Below are positions 24,491 through 38,244 of a DNA stretch of 64,000 nt, one piece after another; position 1 is the stretch's first letter; every line of letters starts with the position of its first letter. A program made the position numbers and the translations under genes. Under the pieces are notes generated by a model. It made no database searches. It was given only the letters and a program-made list of their open reading frames with translations, and was not told the origin of the DNA. The DNA comes from Octopus bimaculoides (Eukaryota): positions 100,817,827 to 100,881,826 of the forward strand of contig NC_068983.1 of NCBI RefSeq assembly GCF_001194135.2. Reading direction: 5' to 3'.

Positions 24491-24988
24491 TGAGGTACAT
24501 TCCAGAAGTTTTGAGACATTTTTTGGACTGGCAGTTATAACTTTCCTAGAATATTGTAATTTTAGTATATCATTACTATACATCTAATGAGCTGATCTGC
24601 CAACTTTTGTTATTCCAGATTGAAAGAGACAGCTGTAACAGCACTTTGAACACAACTTGTCACAGCTTACTAAACACTGCTTCTCACAATTCCATCCTGG
24701 TAACTGCTTGACAGAGATGGGCATCAAAACTGTCCCTCACCCTCCCTACAGTCCAGACCTTGTGACTTTTTTTTTTGTTTTTTTCCCAAGCTGAAAAGGA
24801 ACCTCATTGAGGAAGAGGAGGAGGAGGCTGTGACAAGGGTCATAGGGTCTTCTTGAAATAGCTAGAGTACTATAATAAGTGCATTGAAGTCAGAGGATCC
24901 TACTTTGAAGGAAATTACAGTTTCATACTTCTTTAAAATTAATACATGCCTCTCCTGAAAAGTCTCAAAACTTCTGGAATACATCTCA
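24491..24988 (+). mobile_element. Internally deleted mariner element (~500 bp) with ~28-bp TIRs
   Basis: tgaggtacattccagaagttttgagac / gtctcaaaacttctggaatacatctca; remnants MGIKTVPHPPYSPDL and KCIEVRGSYFEG. Confidence 0.85.
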
Positions 24989-25090
24989 AATTTGTAATTC
25001 CTATTATTGTTGTTGTTGTTGTTATAGGATTTGTGAAAAGTATCTTTATAATATCTGTACATTATAATTATATAAAATCTGTATTTTCAG

Positions 25091-25117
25091 GTGAATAAAC
25101 CTTGCCATTATAAATGA
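25091..25117 (+). CDS. ANKRD27: ANKRD27 probable last coding exon: VNKPCHYK*
   Basis: ctgtattttcag| acceptor, in-frame TGA at 25115-25117; no better downstream exon seen. Confidence 0.55.
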   Translation: MNKPCHYK

Positions 25118-28100
25118 ATTGAAGCAACATTTCCAGAAAAGTCCACTGTCAACAGTAAAGCCATGTTTTCTTCTGCTTCACATGAGAAAGAAAACACCCT
25201 ATCAGTCTTTGCAAAAATTTTAATGGTTTCTTTTGACGCACAATCAATTCTCTGTTTGCATTGAACCATGTAATTTGAAGATATTTTAATCTTATAAGAA
25301 ATCCACAATGACTAGAAATTGATCTCCACAGATTATAAAGGCATGTACAACTTTATATTAAATGATATTTGTTGTTTGTTTTTAATGAAAATATCAACTT
25401 CACTGTTTTCCCCTTCTAATTATAATACTTTTTTTATCTCTAATTGTAATACCCGTTTTTTTTTTTTAATCTTGAAAGGGTCTTTTTTTTTCCAATTCTT
25501 TGTCTTTATACAACCTGGTCATTAACTATTCTATCCAAAATAACGAATTTCCTTTGTATTCTTTGATTTTATCCTTCTGTCACTTATTTTCCCACCTCTT
25601 CCCAATTGAACTTAATGTTTGCAATTAAATTGAAAAACTATTGTTATATTAGTCCACATGCCATGCTATTCAATAACTACCATGATAATTCAATGTATGT
25701 ATTTTACAGTGTTAAATTACATAATTAAGATAGTATTAGTGGAAGTTTCGCATTGCCTTGAGGTCCTCTTGTAAGACATAGCTACAGCTTTCCTGAAGTT
25801 TTGTGTTTCTGAATAAACTACATCTCAGTTATGGAATGCTCTTACCAGTGGAATTACTGGCCTGCTAAAATGAAGCTCACATTAATTATTAATGTGATAT
25901 ATTGCGAAAGACTATTTAACTAGTTTATCATATGATTAAAAAAAATTTTATCAGTAGATCAGCATTTAGCTATTTTGATCTTCACCTTATTGTAAAATGT
26001 ATTTCTACTCTATTCAAAAGAATCTCTAGTTTGGGGAAATAATGTTCCAAGTATTAACTTTTACTAACCAAGACTGTTATAATGAAATGACATGCCATCT
26101 TATTCTATTGAAGTGATTTGTATCTCATTGTATTGATGAGTTTTTTTTGTTTTTTTCTTCTTTTTTTTTTTTTTTGGTAATGTCAGAATTCTTTCACTTC
26201 TCACTTTAGTTTCTTTATAATTTAAAATTTCTTACCAAATATTTTTTATTTGGAACTCTCTGTCCTTGTAATTTTTTTTTAATCATGTGGATATTATAGA
26301 CAAACTTATTCTGCCAATGTACAATTACAAGTCTTTGTCAAGATTATTCTACCAGCTAACCGTCCATCACATTCAGTATACTTTCAAGTAAAATATCACT
26401 GATATGTTCATATATTACTTCATTTTTAACTCTAGGTTCTGACTGAAACAATTTACCTTTTTAATATCTTTCACACACACACACATCTTTGGGTCTTCAG
26501 CAGTTTGAAGCTTGACTGATGGACTTGGTTTCACCTTTGGTATACATTATTTCTTTGCTCATCCCTGATGCCACTTAGGGAAAACACACATCCTACCAGT
26601 GCAGAAATAGTTGTTGAGTACAATCAGTTGGATTGTATATTGTTTTATATTGGTTGAATATTGCATTGTTGTTCTGATTAAAAGATTGATTAAAGCTTTT
26701 TGCATATTCTGGAAACCTATTTTATTCTTTATAAATGAAGAATAAACCAGTTTTTATTATGTTCATTTCAAATAAACTATTCAAATTTGTTTTTAAGATA
26801 TATATAACAAACTGGTACAGAGTATTTTCTTGCTACCTAAAATAAAAGGAAAGTATTCTGAAGTGTCTTCATGTTTATAATTATTTAACAGTTTGTATTA
26901 GATATCATCAGTATTTCATTTGTTAGGGGTATAATCCGGAATCTGAGGAAACTAGTGATGTTCTACCTCAGCAACAGTTTTTCACCAGGAGAATTTAATA
27001 AGTTCAATTGTAGGGGTGTCATATCCAACTCAAGTGTCCTTGTGTTAGATTCTATGCTACTTAGAGCAATTGGACTCACTGAACGCTCCTATTTTATTTG
27101 ACAACTTGTTGTGTGAAGAATGAGCCACTTGTTGACTTATTACCAGACATTATTGGGTATTTATCATTTTCTGATATACATTCTCCCATGCTGTGTAAAA
27201 TATTTATCATCTTCGTACCTACTCTCTTTTTTTTCTTTCATACATATGTACAATCTCACTCACTATTGTATCTAGGTCAATTGTTTTTTATCAAGTTGTG
27301 TCAAGTATTTGTGAATTAAAAAAAAAAATTAAATTACAAATATATATAATTTGTCAATTTGTTATAAATTTTTTTACCTTTCATTTCATTTGTATTTTTC
27401 TCCAAAATAAAAACTCTGTAAAGATTTGTTTTTCAGATTTTTGGGGGGAGATTTTTTAAAATAAAAATAAAATATACATTTTTTTAAACATCATACCTGC
27501 TATGTATAAATCAAAATTTGTTCAATAATAATTTGGATTATTTTTTTTGTTTCTAGTTTTTTTTTTTTTTTGTATCATCATTTTGATAAAATTTAAAGTG
27601 CTTCTCTACATGTTTTGAATCTCTTACTTCTGCCAGTCCAACCAAAACTAGTTATCCAGTAAAAATGGTAACTACATTTGTAAGTTTTAATATCTGGGTA
27701 AATGATACTATGCTTAGTTCAAATCCAAACGTTCCATAACGCACACTGCTAATATATAATTTACATCACATCTAACAAATAATACATACATTACTGTTGA
27801 TAACTGTATTTATCAACCATCTGTGTGTGGGTTTCTTTTTTCATGCCACTGGAGATATATCACTTTTCAACAGTGAGCTAATTTGGGAACCTCTGCAGTT
27901 GCTTCACCTACTGAAGCAGTTAAATTTCCCTCAAATTACACTCAGCTGTACGAGAAGCTAAGACATACAAGATAGTCATAGCTAGAACATCTTTGATCAT
28001 GGATCTGCTTAAACAGGGCTAACTTTGCTTTTGTTTATTTCACTACAATGCACATTATCTGAATACATTAAAATTAGCTGCTAGTGACATGTAAAAAGAA

Positions 28101-30340
28101 CAAAATACTTGGAAATCTCTTTAGATTCATCATTCAGTTACTTCTGTTATAACTATAATTTACATATAACTGTCCAATGTGATTTTTTTTACCATTTTCA
28201 ACTTCATTTCTCCTCAGTTTTTATTCAAATATGTATCCAGAGTATACTTTGGATAAATTAAGTACTATTACTCTGCATTTCATATTTTCTGAAAGCACAG
28301 TACATTTTTTTATTTAAGAATATCACATATATTTTGTGATATTGTGATCGAGTAAACTTTATGATATTGATCATTACACTGTTTGTACAATATGTCACAG
28401 ATATATGCATACATAAATGTATATATACAAATGTAGATGGTTGTATATATAATTGTAAATTTGATGTAGACATTCTTGTTTTTATTTTACATTTGTGAAT
28501 AACTTGTGATAATTATCAAAGATCTATTAAAGGGAAATCCCCTTATTGCTCAAAATACAAATAAAATCTTGTCTTTTGATTAACAAAAATGTTTTCCTCT
28601 TAAAGGTTAGTATGTTTTTCATTATTTTTAATATTCTAAAATATATTACAGATTTTCATCACTAACGAACATACCATATAGGGTTTTCAATAGCAGATGG
28701 GATATCAACTTACAAGCATTAGACAACCACTAATAATGCATGTAAATTAAAAGAATTCATTGAAATAGATAATGTAAAATTAATTTATCAAATAGTTTAT
28801 CATTTGAAAATACCTAACAGCTATGTGGTTTGGGCACCAGTCTTTTGGTTCCTAGGGTTCATGTTTTATTGCATACTCTGCATTATATCTCTTGTAAAAA
28901 CATTAAATTTTATTTCTTCAAATTTGTCTTGCTTAATTAATAAAAGTATTTCTCTTATTATAAATGATCATCAATTGATATAGTCTTCCAACCCATATAA
29001 TTTGATTTCTTAAAATAATTTTATTCATTCTTCATTTATGAAGTTGACAATTTCCTAGTCTAGATCTGACTGTATTAATACTATCCTAATTTATTGAAAA
29101 ATAGTTTTTTTTTTATTTAGTGAATATTTATACAAATCTTTTTATATGGTTTCTTTTGAAGGTTTTTTATTTTAGGTGTAAAGTTGATTTAAAAAAAAAA
29201 AAAAAGATGGTGGGGGCATATGTTTTTTCTGAACAAAGTAAAGAATAGTTATTTTACAGAGCATTTTGTTCAGACATTTAAAAAAAAATTTTCGAAATGT
29301 TTTGTTTATAAAACCTGGCTTCAATACATAAAATGTATATTGTCCAAAAAGAGCAGGAGATTTGATTTTCTTACGTTAAAAATGTATGAAATAACATTGT
29401 TACACTGAAATAAAAAATTTGACTTTAGCACAGCATATATACATTGTACACATACCATTATCTTCATCATCAGTTACATGATTTCACCAACTTTGGAAGG
29501 TCTGCAAAAGTTTATGAAGATCGCCAATCCTTCTCCAACTAAATACTTTTAATATCATTTAGTCATTTCATTTATCCACTCCCACATCACTTGCTGTAGA
29601 GTATTCAACTTCCTGCCTCCTCTTCACACTCTGTGTCATGTTAGTGGTGTTTGGTATCTCTTCATTTTCACTCAAATAGTTTGGAATTGTGTGCTAGTCT
29701 GTTGTGTATGATCTTTGTATGAAACATTGGTTTATGAGAAATAAATTTTGATGGCTGTGTAGTTGTTATTTTATGTATTCTAGTGAACCAGTAAAAGAAT
29801 AACTATACAGTGGGCTGTGCCTATGCTGGAACACTGAAATTGTATGTTGTATCTATTAATTTTCATAGTGGTGTCTATAATTTCAACGTTGTTTGTATTA
29901 GGTCAAGTTATAAATATTGAATTTTCTTGTGACAATAGAATGTTAGTCTTTTGTTATGAAATTTAATAACTGCTAATTGATTACTTTGTATTATATGCCT
30001 ACTATTTGAAATTAGGCAATACAGGATTTGTTTGATTTTGTTGTTTTTATATTATGTGTAGTTTTAAATTTAATTTGAGATGATGACAAGCCATATAGTA
30101 AATATGGGTCATGTTGATAATATGATGACTGCAGTTGATTGTGTGGTCATTATTTAGAAATTAAGAGATTAAATAATGCTTTCCTTTGTGTTTTGTATAT
30201 TATTTTGTGGACAAATTGGAGTTTGGCATTAGGAAGAGCATCCAGCCATAGAAACCAAGTTACAGAACCTGGTGTAGCCAGTTCCTGTCAAGCTGTCCAA
30301 CACATGCCAGCATGGAAAAGACATTAGATGATGATCGCTT

Positions 30341-30387
<47 letters not shown>

Positions 30388-31196
30388 CAGTATTTATATA
30401 AAGGGAAAATTATTTTGTGTATTCAAAGCCTGCTGAGAAAATTATTGATGTTAGTTTCATTATGTATTGTGGATAAGCAAACAGTTGTACACCAACTCCG
30501 AATGGTGTATAAGTTTAGTTGCAAGTGTTTTAGATGTTTTAATGATTAACTGTGATGTTGGTATATGTTGTTAAGTTTATTTATATTTGGTACAAAGTCC
30601 AAACTTTTGAACACCATAAAGATCCATCACACATTACCAGTAGCAAAAAGATCAGATAAAATTATCATCCAACACATAAATGTGTACCAAATAACATACC
30701 AACATTACCTAACTTTTGCTCTAGGTCAAATAATTTACACAAATCATCTTGGGCTTTAAGCTTTGCAGATGTTCCTATAGTATCATTTCAATTATTTGAG
30801 TTTTCTAAATGTGAGAACAACACTCATACAGACATAGATGAGTATGAACATGCCCAATCTCACAACAAAATAGATTGGTAACAATATTTCAGAAAAGAAA
30901 GCTGATAAGAATATTAGCACATTTTAGCTGAATTCTGTGATCTTCGCAACATTTTTCTCCTTCACTACCGCCTTCTCACTTTTCAACATTTATATGATCT
31001 TTGACATACTCACCTACATCATTATCATTACACATGAAGCTACAATTTATACTCCCTTCCATTTCATATTGTTCAGAATTGAATGTATTTCAATGTTTTG
31101 AGAAAACATCTTAGTTATTCATTGAAATCACCAATACCCAAAATGCTGTTGTTTTCTGTTGGTTCATCTTATCCATTTATTTTATTGTTATTATTA

Positions 31197-32220
31197 AGGT
31201 GGTGAGCTGGCAGAATTGTTAGCAAGCCCAGGCAAGATGCTTTGCAGCATTTCGTCTGTCTTTACATTCTGAGTTGAAATTCCACCAAGGTCCACTTAGC
31301 CACTCATTCTGTCAGGTTCAATAAAATAAGTACCAGTAAAACCTGGGATCGATGTAATCGATTAACCTTGTTCCCTAAAATTTCAGGCCTTGTGCCTATA
31401 GTAGAAAGAATTATCATTTAAGTTGGTGAGCTGGCAAAATCGTTGGCATATCTTTTATTTCTTTCTGAGTCAATGAAATAAGTATCGCTTGAGCACTAGG
31501 GTCAATGCAATTGACTTCCCCTCTCCTCAAAATGCTGGCATTGAAGAAAATATTATTTTTGTTTATTTTATCATTAGGCAGAATCAGCTCATCAGACAAA
31601 ATACTTAGTGGCACATATTCTTGCTCTTTATGTTTTAAGTTCAGTTCATGCCAAGATCAACTTTGCCTGCCATCCTTTCAGGCTCAATAAAGTAACAGTC
31701 AAGTACTGAGGTTGACAGAAACAGCTTCTCCTTTCCTCTTAAAAAATTACTGACCTTGAGACCAAATTAAGATTATCATAAAGGCAATGAGCTGGCAGAG
31801 TTGTTAGCATATTGGAGGAGATGCTTTGTCCGTCTTTGTTCTGAGTTCAAATGCCACCGAGGTTGACTTTGCCTTTCATCCTTTTGGGGTCAATAAATTA
31901 AGTACCAGTGAAACACTGGGGGTTGATGTAATCGATTAGCCCCCTCCCCATGAAATTTCAGGCCTTGTGACTATAGTAGAAAGCAGCATTATTATTAAGG
32001 TGGTAAGCTGGCAGAATCATTAGCACGATGGACAATATACTTAGCATTTTGTCCGCCTTTACATTTTGAGTTCAAATTCCGCCAAGGTGAACTTTGCCTT
32101 TCATCCTTTCGAGGTTGATAAAATAAGTAGCAGTTGAGTACTGGGGTTGATGTAATCAACTATCCCCCTCCCCCAAATTTCAGGCCTTGTGCTTTAGTAG
32201 AAAGGATTATTATTGTTATT
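31197..32220 (+). mobile_element. Head-to-tail array of five SINE family B copies
   Basis: Heads at ~31197, 31420, 31575, 31781, 31997, each following an (ATT)n-like tail; copies differ from one another. Confidence 0.85.
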
Positions 32221-32586
32221 TCGCCAAAGGTGAACATACAGTTTCATTTATAAGCCATTCGGGTGTTGTTTTTCCTTAATCTTTTTTCCTTTTTTTTTAA
32301 TTTTTTTTTATCCTGAATTTTCTGTAACTTATATTTACAGATATAATGTACACTTCTGCTGCTATTTTATGCAACCAGCCAGATAATTAATAACATTCTT
32401 ATGAATAATGGTCCATATATTGCTTTCTGCAATGTTCATTAAACCTATGATATCTAACGATATCTCTTATACATACACTTTGGTTCTGCTTTTTTCACAT
32501 CTAATGTATTGACAAATTAGGGTATCTCATATAAAAATAGATTTCAGGACAAATAAGTATATTCAAGGATAGTTGAGTAATTATTG

Positions 32587-33106
32587 GGCAGAATTCTGGT
32601 TTAAGAACCTCATATAACCCTTCATAGCTTTTTTATTTTGGGGGAATTTTCAGAAAATTTTTGCAAATGGGAATTCATGTGATTATGAAAAAAAACATTT
32701 TTATTTTCATTTTTGAAACAAACCCTACTCCCCAAAATCCTAAAATTTCCATGTTTTGCATTTTTTAATTTTTTTTATTCAGTTTAAAATACAGACAATT
32801 TGAAATTTTTGTTTAAAATCCCAGCAATGGCATCATCATTCCATTAAATGTGTTTATGCGGAAGGGAAAAAAATATTGATAAACACCAATACATTTCAGA
32901 GTGAGAAAGAAATGAGAAAAATATCGTGGTTGTGGAATGTGCTAAAGATAACAGCTAAATCACCCTTAAATCACGAAAAAAATTTTCTTTTATAATCATA
33001 TGAATTTCCATATGTAAAACTCAAATTCGCAAAAATTTTCTGAAAATTACAGGAAATAAAAAGGTTATAGGAGTTATATGGAGTACTTAAAAACCAGAAT
33101 TCTGCC
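32587..33106. mobile_element. MITE with ~45-bp imperfect TIRs (ggcagaattctggtttaag)
   Basis: 32587-32630 is the reverse complement of ~33060-33106; superfamily not assigned. Confidence 0.65.
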
Positions 33107-33316
33107 ACTTATTGTTCTTGGGCTACATGTTGAAAGATGTCTTTTTTTTTTTTATTTACTTCATATAGCATTACATGACTTTGAAATATTTCTCTATAAT
33201 GTAGATGTTTTTACATAGACATGTTTAATATATCATCCCTAATCTTTTAAAACTTAGTTAACTAATGTTTAAATTCTAAAGCCAAATCTTCAGAATAACT
33301 TTTTCATGTTATGAAT

Positions 33317-33912
33317 CAGCGGTCCCCAACCTTTTTTTGCATTATGAACTGATTTCGTGCAAGACAATTTTTCCATGTTCAAGAGGATCATGCATATAAC
33401 AAAACACAAAGTATAATGTATAATTTAATTATTACATATAACTAATTGGCACTCTGTCAGTTATGATAAGTGTTTCCTAGTTGATCCAATCAATGGAACA
33501 GCCTGCTCATAAGCAGTTCACAGACCTGCATACCCTTAATGTAGTTCTTAGGGAGATTCAGTGTGACACAATGCGACAAGGCTGGCCCTTTGAATTACAG
33601 GTACAACTAATTTTTGCCAGGCTGAGTGGACTAGAGCAACATGAAATAAAGTGTCTTGCTCAAGGACACAAAGTGCTGTCAGGTATTAAACTCACAACCT
33701 TACAATCATGAGCCATATACACTAGTCACTAAGTCACACACCTTCATGCAATATTACATATCTGACCTTTAGATTACATATGTAACATATATAATGAAAA
33801 AAAAAAAACACCCTTCAGACTGCAATAGTCAATAAAATTTTAAAATTTATTTTTTCTGTGTGGCCCAGTACCAAAGGATCAAGATCCAAGGCCCAGTGGT
33901 TGGGGATCCCTG
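33317..33912 (+). mobile_element. hAT (Charlie-like) MITE with 8-bp target duplication
   Basis: CAGCGGTCCCCAACC...GGTTGGGGATCCCTG; flanks ttatgaat / ttataaat (7 of 8 match). Confidence 0.8.
33465..33742 (-). mobile_element. SINE family C-related copy nested in the hAT MITE
   Basis: Reverse complement of 33470-33605 matches 52260-52410. Confidence 0.7.
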
Positions 33913-34100
33913 TTATAAATTATTAGATTTTGATCTTATAAATTATTAAATTTCTCAAGTCTGAGACTGTATCACTAATAATACTACTACTATTAATATG
34001 TGCAGAAAAGGTTATCCCATGCAATAATGACTAAAACAATAATGCTGTATTACATGCAATAATAATAATCACATGCAATAAACTATTAATTCAGTATTTG

Positions 34101-34421
34101 NNNNNNNNNNNNNNNNNNNNNNNNNNNNNNNNNNNNNNNNNNNNNNNNNNNNNNNNNNNNNNNNNNNNNNNNNNNNNNNNNNNNNNNNNNNNNNNNNNNN
34201 NNNNNNNNNNNNNNNNNNNNNNNNNNNNNNNNNNNNNNNNNNNNNNNNNNNNNNNNNNNNNNNNNNNNNNNNNNNNNNNNNNNNNNNNNNNNNNNNNNNN
34301 NNNNNNNNNNNNNNNNNNNNNNNNNNNNNNNNNNNNNNNNNNNNNNNNNNNNNNNNNNNNNNNNNNNNNNNNNNNNNNNNNNNNNNNNNNNNNNNNNNNN
34401 NNNNNNNNNNNNNNNNNNNNN
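34101..34421. other. Assembly gap (N run); others at 40294-40555, 43390-43399, 44773-44782, 59432-59531
   Basis: Runs of n. Confidence 0.99.
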
Positions 34422-36388
34422 TTATGATAAAAGACAATTGATTCTTCAGAAATATCCATTTCTTGGAGCATTTTTATGTTCATATCTTTGGATCTTCCTT
34501 ATGAAAATAAATCTAAACATTTCATTTACGTGAATGTTGTGTAAATATCCACACTCATATGTTTAGATGTGAATGCAAATTATATATTCATACATATGTT
34601 ATTCAGAGGTTTAAAGACTTTGTTTAACATTTAAAACTAGTGACAATATAAGTACAAAATCTATTTCCACAGCACTTTCTTTAACAGACAGTCTCAAAAC
34701 TTTTATTCATAACACACATTCTAAAGAAACTAAATAATTCTTAGAAAAAACACAAAATTCCATTCTACTCAGAATCTAAAGAACATTTTGAGAAATTATT
34801 TTCTTGGAATTTTTATAATTTGAGTACTTTTTGAAATTTTATATATCTGTTTTCCTCTACTTATCATAAAGACTTGCATGCAAATATCTGGGAAAGTGTT
34901 GAATGATTACAAAAAGACTTTTTTATTTTCCTTTTTTTTATATCCATAAATAATTTGTATTGCATGTGAAAAGATGTGAAATTCACCAAATTAAAAGACT
35001 AACAATTCTTATAGTTTATTCTTAAATAACAAACCTAACCATCCAGTTCTATACTATTCTTTTCGATGTATAAAACTCTATTAATATCATTCCTGAAATG
35101 ACTGAATTGTTTTAGGTTATTGATGTCGAATGTTAACCTATTTACTTTTTCAATAGAATTATAATGAACACTCTTGAATTACCAGAGCAAATAAGGTCTA
35201 CTATAATGAAACTTTTTAAATCACACTTTGCATTTTATCAATTAAAACATAGTCTCTTTAAACAACTATTCTCTCTTCAATAAAACCTGTGGTAATAAAA
35301 TATGAAAAATTATACCCTGCAAAGACATACAAATACACAAATTTCCACAGGAGAGGAATAAGTTGTTCTTTATGTCTTTCAATAGTATTGTAATTTTACA
35401 AGTTTGAACTTAATATTATAGGCCTCTTTATGGAAATAAAACTTATTTAAAAAAGAAAAACAGACAAAACAGTTTAAAATCTTTTCACGTTTAATAACAT
35501 ACAACAACCCGTTATAAATTAATTTTTAATTTTACTTTAAAGTTATCAAAGTATTTAATGAACTTGTGCTAATCCAGTTCTATTTTAACAACCAACTCAT
35601 TTTTTTTCCCACTCCTTGTTTCTAGTTTTGATTATAAAAGATCTTTGCTCCAACAATTAGTTATGACTAAGAGTTCTAGTGTGCTGAAAAAATAAATATT
35701 TTTTTTTAAAAGGCAGCAGAGGAATTAAACTATTTATTTCTCAGAAAATTTATTTCAGTGTTCTCATCAGTTATTACATAAGTTTCTCTATGTGAGTGCT
35801 TCGGATAATAATAAAAGTTAAAATAATGGTCATGAGTTGAACAAAAAAAAAAAAGCAAGAAAATTGACCTCTTTATTTTAAATCAATTTGAATACTATTA
35901 AGTTAGGGTTTAAATGTTGCATGGATTTCAATGGTTTGGGTTCAATGTGTGTCCAACATCCCAAACTGATATTTCAGCTTTTGTTATAATTTAGATTGGA
36001 ATTGAGTGAAATTGCATCTAAATCTCAACCCAATGTTATATACTTTACAACTTTTGTTGTTGTTGTTGTTTTCATAAAAGTTTTCAAAATATTAATAAAG
36101 TTGTTTTGTTTTTTGTTTTCTAACAATTTTGTTTTAATTCCATTGCATTTTTCCTTCAAATTAAAAAGAAAAATTGGCTTTTGAACTCTCCAATATGTGG
36201 TATATCCAGCTTTGGCTGGAAGCAGCTTACTCTATTTTATGTATTGGAGTAATTTCAATTAAATTTTCTAGAGCAAAGAAAATAAGAATTGGTACTAATG
36301 CCATTCCGTTTAAGTGGGGGGAAAAAAAAGCAAGAATCACTTGGAGAGTACTATTATTCAACTAAAGTATAATTGGAATGAAATTTAA

Positions 36389-36596
36389 CCCTTTAGCATT
36401 TAAACTGACCGTATCTAGGCCATATATTCTACCTGTTTTATGGAAAAAAAACTGGCCAAATTTGGCTTTTCACACGTACTGTATGATGTCATTCTAAAAA
36501 GAAATAATCACATCATTGAAATTTCCAAGTTATGAAATGATTAATTCAAAACAATGTGAATGAATGAGCATTACTGTTGATAGAGTAATCTGAATG
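36389..36596 (+). mobile_element. piggyBac-type MITE, right end truncated
   Basis: TTAA|ccctttagcatttaaac; colinear with 54737-54946. Confidence 0.75.
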
Positions 36597-36820
36597 TCCA
36601 TTGGGTTGGATGGGGACATGTGAGGTAGAGTTTTATTGCCAGATGTTGTTCCTGCTACCAATCTTTATCTGTTTTAAAGTAAGGAATTTTTTAAAATTCT
36701 ATTTCAATGTGTAGAGCAACCACTCATAATGTCAACAAGTTACGTGAACATCTTAGTGTCATTTCACTCAAATGATGATAAGCAAAGCCAGAGATCTCAA
36801 CATTCATACAGATTTGCACA

Positions 36821-37187
36821 CATGTGGCTGTGTAGTTAAGAAGTTTGCTTACTCACAATCATGTGGTCTTGGGTTCAGTTCAACTGCACAACACCTTGGA
36901 CAAGTGTCTTTTACTATAACCCCAGGTTGACCAAATCTTTATGAGTGGATTTTGTAGATGGAAACTGAAAGAAGCCTGTCATGTATGTGTATGTATATAA
37001 ATAAAATGTGTGTGCTTGTCCACCATTTGACAACCAGTGTTGGTTTTTTTTTCTTTTTACATCCCTGTAACATAGCAGGCTGGCAAAAGAGACTGATGGA
37101 ATAAGTACTGAGTTTGATTTGTTTGACTATGTATATTTGAAGGTGGTGTCCCAGCAGAGCTGTAGTTCTATGACAAACAAGTAAAAG
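36821..37187 (+). mobile_element. SINE family A, followed by an inverted 5' fragment at ~37195-37340
   Basis: Box A tggctgtgtagttaag, box B gggttcagttc; family body. Confidence 0.8.
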
Positions 37188-37938
37188 AAGTGCATGCACA
37201 GAGTTTCCTTCTACCAAATTTCACTTACAAGTAATTGGTTGCCTCAGAGCTATTGTAAAAACACTCAAGATATTGCACAGTGGAATTGAACCTGAACCCA
37301 CAAGGCTGCAAAGTAGACTTATTAACCACACAGCCATGCTTACATTTGTAGCTTTGTTTTAAAAAGTGCTTATCACTTATTGTTAGACTGAACTAACAAC
37401 AGTTAATGGTTTTTATTAGATACAATATAGAGATAGTAATAAGTCTTGAACTTCTCATATAAACTAGTTTCTTCAAGACTACCAACCATGCCACTCTCTT
37501 TCAATAAATATAAATTTAGTATATCACTTAACATTTTTTTAAATTGGGAAAATCACCACAACCGTCTTAAAATATTATTGTATAAGTATTCTTTTGTATT
37601 GGGTAAGAATCATTTTGTTTTCTAGTTCCTATAGTTGCAGGACAAAACTAGAGTTCTTAAAACTTCTTCCCATTTAAACTGTATGATCACTACATTGTCA
37701 ATTCCAGATTAAGGTTAAAATTCGAATAAAGTGAAATGATAAACTATAATGGAAGAGGGTGGGGGACAGGGAAGAGATTTGATGAGCAAGAGAAAATACG
37801 CAAGACTGGCAGGATGATGAATGTAAATTTCTGAGTATAAAGTGAATGTTGTTTATATGTTGTAACAGTCAATGAAATGTGTAAGAGCGACAATTAAAGA
37901 AGTATTAAAGTGGGGATTGTACTATTTTTTTTACATAT

Positions 37939-38189
37939 TAGTTGGAGTTGTGTCTTCATCTTGATTGTTGCTTTCACTAAGTTTTGGCTGTGTATGCTCC
38001 ATCCTTCTTCAGGTATCATGTGATTAACCTACCTTAGTGAATTGTCTGGGATTGAACTCAGAACTTCTATATTTCAGCACTTTTATCCACTATGCTTTGC
38101 CCATAGACAGTGTCAGAGTAAAGACTGAAGTGTACACAACTGAAACATAGTGAAAGCAACAATCAAGATGAGGACACAACTCCAACTAT
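37939..38189. repeat. ~55-bp inverted repeats flanking a ~140-bp spacer
   Basis: agttggagttgtgtcttcatcttgattgttgctttcacta versus tagtgaaagcaacaatcaagatgaggacacaactccaact. Confidence 0.75.
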
Positions 38190-38244
38190 TACATAATATA
38201 AATTTTTCATCTCAGAAATATGGAATAGTTTATTTTACTGGGTA

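Larger units (their letters stand above)
629..25117 (+). other. ANKRD27: Gene model (5'-partial): ankyrin repeat domain-containing protein 27 / VARP, 11 coding exons, ~440 aa in window
   Basis: Exons join in consistent phase with GT-AG introns. The translation follows my recollection of human VARP: LHVAA..G..LID.LV..GA.V.ATDY.G.TP.HLACQKG.QSVT, CVKALV, GDT.LH.AA.WGY, EKL..A....D...VR..L, CHPLCQC.KC, then a second ankyrin block. The VPS9 domain and earlier exons lie upstream of the window. Confidence 0.92.

Noticed and set aside
31197-32220. CRISPR-like or satellite array
   Set aside because: Units are ~200-bp diverged SINE copies without unique spacers; eukaryotic context, no cas genes
34069-34483. 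ORF-track entries full of X (also 40241-40746 and 59408-59602)
   Set aside because: They are open only because N runs contain no stop codons
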